From Chrysomallon squamiferum (taxonomy: Eukaryota > Animalia > Mollusca), in contig CM022673.1 of assembly GCA_012295275.1 (NCBI GenBank), positions 17,360,001-17,424,000 of the forward strand: DNA of 64,000 nucleotides. The letters are read 5' to 3'. Shown in pieces: positions 56,616 through 64,000 of this stretch (position 1 is its first letter; each line of letters begins with the position of its first letter). Both the position numbers and the translations under genes were made by a program. Under the pieces are notes generated by a model. It saw only the letters and a list, made by a program, of their open reading frames with translations. It searched no databases and was not told where the DNA came from.

Positions 56616-56621
56616 AATAAA
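56616..56621 (+). terminator. Candidate polyadenylation signal of the BAMBI-like gene
   Basis: AATAAA (with a second one adjacent) followed by a GT-rich tract; earlier AATAAA hexamers also occur in the UTR. Confidence 0.4.
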
Positions 56622-56699
56622 AAAATAAATATATATTTCATCTGTTTCGCTCAGTGTTTAAGTTTCAGTTTTGTTCAGTTGTTAAATTGTCATTTATAT

Positions 56700-57125
56700 T
56701 TTATATGGTAAAAGGTTGGAGTTTTGTTTGTTTGTTTTTTAATAAGTGTTCAGTATTGCATTTTCATATAGGATTAATATGGTAAATATCAATTTGTGTG
56801 TGTTTAATATGGTGAAAGGTTATTAATATGTGTCTCGTTTCGTAAAACACTCAATCACATGTACTGGATAGGTTCAAACATTCATTTAGATGTATTTAAT
56901 TTTAAAACTGTTCATTCAAAGGAGTTTTAAAAATTATATAACGCTCATTCATGTTTAATATGCTAAAAGCTCATTGAAATGTCTAATAATAATTAATAAA
57001 AAAACAGACTGCTGTATATATTTAATTCTGGAGAAATGAAAAATTATGTGTGACGTGGTGTCTAAATAATTAAGTATTATTTTAAACTTCATCTCTAAGG
57101 AACCCATATGTATGTTTAATAATAA
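56700..57125. repeat. Degenerate tandem repeat (tgtttaatatggtaaaagg-like core)
   Basis: Core recurs near 56702, 56775, 56802 and 56952. Confidence 0.45.
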
Positions 57126-57607
57126 ACTTAAATAAAATATACGGTGTAGGTTTGTCTGTCTGTCTGTCGGTGAATCTGGATTTAGAGATGTCAGCAGATG
57201 GGTGTGGCTTCAAGGAAAATAATCTTTATAAGAATCAGCAACATTGGCGCGTGTTTCTGTCTGTCCGTCAGTCGTTCTGTTATCTTCCAGTTTACTTTCA
57301 CTTGGTCCACTGGTTTGTGGTAATTTCTAAAACTGACAAGCCATAAGCCTTGCCAAAGTTTACTGTCAAAAGTATTTATTATTATTATTTTTTTTTTCCT
57401 TTAGAAAATTGTTTTTATCTTCTTATCAGTTTAAGAGGAAAATTTTATGATGAAATCTACTCGGATCTCATTCTGCTTAAAGCTAATTTCTGAAAAAGAA
57501 GATTAATTTGGGTTAATGTTATATTAAAAGTGATTCATATGAAATTTAACAGTTTCAAGATTATTTTTATTTTTTTTTTTTTAAATATTATTTTATTTTA
57601 TCTATTT

Positions 57608-57650
<43 letters not shown>

Positions 57651-59107
57651 TCTATTATTATTTTTATTTTTATTTTATTTATTATTATTATTATGATTAT
57701 TATTATTGTTTTGTATTTGTTTTTTTCTATACAGATGAACAATATTCATCCATAACCTATTGTTAACATTTATAATTTTTTTCTCTGTTGAAAATAAGCT
57801 ATGTTAATATTTTATGTTTTCAAAAATCAAACATAGTCGAATGTTTTAAACAATCTATTCACTAAATATGACTGAAATCTCATTTGGACAGAAATAAACG
57901 TTAAATGTAAGAAACGTTGATATTAGTAAAGTTCTTCTTTTTATTTTTTTATTTTTTGTTTGCTCCATATTTAAAAAAAAAAATATTTAAATTTAATTTT
58001 TTTAAAAAGAATAAAATGTATTTGTTAATTATTAGCCAGCCAGCAGGACGCTAACTGTGGCGATATTGTACTTTCAAACCGGCTTAGTTTTCCATTTCGC
58101 ATATAAAAACGTCTTTAAATTTTAATTTATTTTACTGACAAAACAAAATAATAGGATTATTTTTCTTATAATTATTCTGTTATTACTGTCTGTTGTTTAT
58201 GATCAATATGTTGTATGTATTATGCCACTGGAAACAACTGTTTCCAAAATAAAATATCTGATGTGACTATTGTCTTTTTTTATATCTCTTTCACACACAC
58301 ACACACACACGCACACACACAGACACAAACAAAAAAAACACCACACACACTGTCAGACACATAACTATATACATGTTTTGTGTGTGTGTGTGTGTGTAGT
58401 GATAAATTTAAAAAATGGGTGACACAGAACAAATTTCGCGTAAAGACTAAAACATAAATTAATGAATTCAGTATTTGATAACTGCAAGAATACTGGTTAC
58501 TAATTTATTTCTATGTTTTTTTAAGCTAAACACCATTAAATAAGAAACACCATAATGTACCCACATTAAAAGTATTTTTGATACCCATATTGATACCCAT
58601 CTTCCATAAACAAGAAACCACATATGACGAATTTTTCTGTTGATATAAAATATTATTTAAAAAAATACTTAATTTTACTGATAAAACGATTAAGAAAAAC
58701 AAAGTTTAGTGTTCATACAAGATGGAAAGAAATTTTGATCAATGGATCTTTAGCAAGATATAAAAGTAGACACATGTCCACAAATAAGTAAGAAAGAAAG
58801 AAAATATGCGAAGGAATTTTTTTTAAAAATAAATAATAAAATAAGTAAATATAAAAATAACAGCATTAAAAAGAATAAAACAACAAATACAACAACGATA
58901 ACAATAACTAATAAATAATAATAATAATAATATAATAATAATAACAACAACAACAAGAAACAAGAACAAAAATAAATTGACGACCAAAACAAATAATAAA
59001 AGTTTCTTTCTTTCTTTTGATAGAAACAGAACTTAAATTTTTAATGTCTGGGTTTTACTTTATAATATGTAAAAGTCCATGTTTAAACAACTGAGTTTTG
59101 TTTTGGA

Positions 59108-59220
<113 letters not shown>

Positions 59221-60136
59221 ATTATTCTTCTACTCTCTCTCTCTCTTCATCTGAACTATTTACAGTCCAAACACTGTTCACAAATAACAAAAAACTAGAC
59301 TGGAATATTAGATTTGAAAAACATCACAGCATCGTTTACAGTATAAGAATTTTTTGTAAATATCGGGACACCCTGACGCTAAATTCTTTCACATGCAAGT
59401 CGGGGGGGAAAAAAGTCATAAAAAAAAATTCATCCAATTTCAGAATAATACACTAAATAATTGCGTTCAGTCTACCAGTGCCGTACAGGCAGATTCCAGT
59501 CACCGATACGAGAATTAGGCGAGTACCAGTCACTGTTTTTGATGGACTTTGAAATCAGCTGGGAACAATAGTCAGAATCTTGATAGCTTTGCCGAGCTGC
59601 AGTCCCGTAAAATACGTCCGTTTGACGCCAATTTGTAAAAATGTAGAGAAAATATCGTTTGATCGGGGCGTCTGGTGTTCGGGGATGTTAGAATTACTGT
59701 GACATGTTTGACTGTTACAGAGATGCGCAGCCCGCCGCTGGCGCCCGGTTCCTGCTCGTTGCTAATGGCGAGATGAAGATACGGTTACGGACAAATAACC
59801 CACCACGACAATAACGCACTTCCGTTTTTCAGTAATCTCATAGATCGTTCAGAAAAGAGTCGGGACTAAATTAGTTATATGTTATTAATTTATCGTTTGA
59901 CGGTCGTTTTAGAAAATGTAGTTAGATATAATCGGATTTTTTATGCTGTTTATTTATTTAAAAGAAACATAAAAAAAAAAGTGTTGTTGTAAAACAAAAG
60001 CAACATCTTGAAAGACAGAATGAAAAAATTTAACATGGCACATATTTATTTATTTATAGTTTAATTATTACGTAATGTGGAAGAACAATATAAAAAGTAA
60101 AGCCTGGAGGAAAAAAAAAAAAAAAATAAAAAAAAA

Positions 60137-60221
<85 letters not shown>

Positions 60222-60970
60222 TAAATAAATAAATAAAAACCCCAACAACTCCCAGATCTGCTTCTATAAACGTTATATTAATTTCAACGTTACTTTATAT
60301 GTGTATGTATGTATGTGTATATGAGTATATATGTATGTATGTGTATATGTGTATGTATGTGAGTATGTGTATGTGTGTATGTATGTGTGTGTGTGTGTGG
60401 GGGATGTATTTGTACATATGTATGTATGTGTATATTTATTTTTCCTTTTCTTCTTGTTTAACAGATACTGGACAAAATAAACACACTGTAATTTAAATGT
60501 TTATTTTCAAAATTTCACTTTTTAAAAATAATTTTTAATAAATATCTTAATATGTTATGGATAAATTTTAGAAGTTGTCCCATGAAAAGAAAAATGTTTA
60601 ATGTCTTCTGTTTATTTATTTCATAAATTCGTACGAACAAAACGCTTTTTAATAATGGTCCAGTCTTTTTAGAGTTTTGCAGACACCCATTCAAAGTAAA
60701 ATTGCCAAATATATACATATACTGTCGACATCCGTTTAACAGACTAAAATAAAATAAAAATCAGGATTTTCCGAAAGAATGTTAGAAATAATTCAAATAT
60801 TAATATTAACAACGCAAAATAACGTACAAAACTAAATTTACTTTAAATATTTAGTTTTTACTTACCCTTATGGACAGCTGAATGAGTTTGTTTTGTGTTA
60901 ATCGTGATAAACATAAGGTTATATATGTAGAGAATTGTAAGATAAAACACACAGCACGCACAACAGGTGG

Positions 60971-61033
60971 CAGTGTAAACAAACAGAGTGTAAACAAACT
61001 CAGTGTAAACAAACTCAGTGAAAACAAACTCAG
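60971..61033. repeat. 15-bp tandem repeat x4 (cagtgtaaacaaact)
   Basis: Units at 60971, 60986, 61001 and 61016. Confidence 0.9.
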
Positions 61034-61263
61034 AGATGTGCTGGAGCAGACATATTCGGACACTTCGCTAATTCTCGTACGGATCCGAATTTCGGTAAAT
61101 TTGAGAATATTTTTATATTTCCCGGATTTTGTTCGGATTTTTCGTAATCCGGAACTTGGGGCCAGTTAAAAGGAGGGTCGACTTTTTTAATTACAGAGTA
61201 TTTTTCTTGTCTTGTTTTCCTTCTTATCAGCAGTTATGTCTGACTGTCAATTAAAACATTGTT

Positions 61264-61349
<86 letters not shown>

Positions 61350-62753
61350 CTATTTTAATCAAACCAACATTGAAAAATATATTTTTTATGAAAAGTGCTA
61401 ATAAACTAAGTTTTCATGTTATCAACAAATGTAAGGGAAACAACCGTTATATTTCCAAACATTTTATATCTATAAAAGTACTCGGAAGACTGAGTCACCA
61501 AGCGTTTGTAAGGAAAACGATAATATTGTCAAAAATTAACAAAAGGAAAGACAATTTTGGGCCAACTGGTCTGTATCACAATTGCTTGAAAGACTAAGTC
61601 ACCTCAAAAAAACGTAATCTATTGTCTTACTAATTTTATTTATTTCGTTTCCTTCGATTGCGCGATTAAACACGATTGTTTTACTGGATATGTTCAGCAC
61701 TTTCAGGTTTGGTTCTCACAGGCATTTTAATTTTGTTTTTAAATTATTTTAAATATTTAATTGCATGTTCTGAACTGAATGAAAGTTTGTTGGTCATGTA
61801 AATTTGTTTCTGAAACAATGATAATAATATTATCAATAATGAATAGTATAATTTTTCTGCCGTTCGTATTTATAAGTGACGTAATGTTTTAAACAGAAAT
61901 GGTACCACAGTCAAAAATAGCAAGATTATCGATGAGATACTTTGTTTTATAACACACACATCCACACACACATACACACACACACACACACATATAACAC
62001 ACATATATAATACACACACACACATGAATATATATATGTATATTTATAAAATATGAATTCAGTGAGGAAAGGTTCAGTGAGATCAAGATGAAGTCTTCAC
62101 TTGGTCGAAGAGCTAGTTTGTCTGTTTCGGATCTGTTGCCTGTTTGTTATAACAAAAACTGTCAATTTCTGAACTAAAGAAAAAGGATCTCATTTGTTTG
62201 TGTTAAGGAGTTATTCCATCAGTATTATAATAACATTATATCGTAAGAGACTGCCTTCCAATACCCAATGTCACAGAAAATGAAAATGATTCCGAATAAA
62301 AGGTTTAATTTGATGATTTGCTCTAAACGTGTATTTACTGTAATCATGAAAAGATGTGTCAGTACAATTTTTATATGAATCTTAAACATCAGACTGGAAC
62401 CTGAAGGTGAACATTAAAAGGTTTAATGTGTAAATAATACTTTTATTGCATCATATTAACGTTTTCCAAATTTGTGTTTCAGGTTTGTATACCTGACTAT
62501 TTGTTCTAACTAGTTCTATACTTTACTGTCTTTAAATATATTTTAAGATTATTTGGATTATAATTACATTCGGCATATGTTATGGGTTGTTAATAATATG
62601 CAAAATAGTAAATTAGTCATAAAATAACAATATAATTCACATATTACATTGTTTTCCAGTAAATTCTAATGACCCCTATGCCATGATGGTCTTGATTGTT
62701 TGGTAAATATATCAAAACCAAAAGACGTGTGTGCACTTACGATTTTCTGTTCC

Positions 62754-62799
<46 letters not shown>

Positions 62800-63041
62800 C
62801 GCGCGTGTGTGTCTCAATTCACTTTATGCCAAATGGATTTTCCTGCACTTTTATCTTTTTAAGTCATTTTCATATGCCAAAATGTCATAAGTGATTCTGG
62901 GGGTGGGGTGAGCTAATGACTGGAACTACTGTCATGAAAATAGACGAGTTGTAAAACAGGCTATGAACATGTGAAACTTCAACAGCCTGTGTCAATATTT
63001 ATGAAAATGCCAGAGAACTGAAATTTTGTTTGGCAAAAATG

Positions 63042-63077
<36 letters not shown>

Positions 63078-63103
63078 AACAACAAAAAATAATAACAATA
63101 AAA

Positions 63104-63138
<35 letters not shown>

Positions 63139-64000
63139 AACGCACAGAATGAATAAAAGTTTTAATGCTTATTTTTGAAATTTATTAAGTATTTTCCACT
63201 CAGTGAAAAGTCACTGGATTACGTATCTATGCTCTGTAAAGTATAACTTTCAAAGTTGTCCAATAAATTAATTAACGCCATAATAAAAGTGCCAACAATT
63301 TAATAACATATTTTGTCTATCTTATGTATCTATTACATTTTTTACAAATATATATTTTTAACCTCTTTTATCTTATTTATTTTTTCTTCTCTTTCTTGAC
63401 ATAAAATACCATAGAAGTTCGATGTTTAGACCATACCCAATATGGCGGCGAAGGAAGACTGACCCGGCCAATTTCGTCCACTAATCAATTCCGTAGTGGC
63501 CGGTGAGACTACGACTGGACTTAGATCCGCTGCAGTCATACGTAAATTATTAACACTTACACGGTAACGGCTCCACACGTACTAGCTTCTGTCTGTCTGT
63601 GAACAGTAAAATCGACTTTATTACATTAGCATGGCTTCACTCGATGCTTTTCAGTGCGCCTCTGTCTCCCCCGTGTCTGTACAATTCCATTACTTACGAG
63701 TGATAGCCCCGAATGTGTCACGCGACGTAGGATTCACAACTGCGAGGCAAATCAAAGTAAATAGATTCTGAAATGAATAATGAAAAACAAGAGAAACAGA
63801 ATGAGACAGAAAAAGAGAGAGAGAGAGCGAGTCACGGTCAGTGAGAAACAGAAAAGAGACATTTTCGAAAAGCGATCGGCATTCATATCCACAGAATACG
63901 CCTTTTATTCAAGATGAACGCGAGTTTGTGTTTTAAAAGCAAACATTACTCTTCATGCTGTCACATATCAATATTACCGTTATCTCGCCTGTACGATTTA

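Noticed and set aside
59386-59398. ctttcacatgcaa match to the tRNA-Ala anticodon arm
   Set aside because: Only 13 nt with no flanking tRNA similarity; compatible with chance.
63436-63510. Start of a third gene (ccaat-ATGGCGGCG..., downstream GGTGAG)
   Set aside because: The ATG frame closes after six codons (MAAKED) and no supporting exons are visible; may be regulatory but cannot be called.

Overview
AT-rich, microsatellite-dense animal genomic DNA. It is probably molluscan (gastropod-like), an inference from degraded SINE fragments and the repeat landscape. Two spliced protein-coding genes can be reconstructed on the + strand. (1) The last four coding exons (2374-6684, about 611 aa visible) of a protein with a strongly divergent YEATS-like domain that appears to lack the acyl-lysine pocket residues, followed by a long disordered tail. 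(2) A complete three-exon BAMBI-like TGF-beta/BMP pseudoreceptor (26773-54985, 234 aa) with a 27 kb first intron. Between them are three identical tRNA-Ala(UGC) genes plus decayed tRNA remnants. Around BAMBI there are six TGGCGCC (bre7-type) BMP-response motifs, a 55-bp palindrome-rich minisatellite, and a near-identical 0.6 kb direct repeat bracketing the promoter and exon 1. CpG content shifts from depleted (gene 1 body) to abundant (BAMBI domain). Almost all other ORFs in the track are microsatellite artefacts. All alignments and counts were done by eye.
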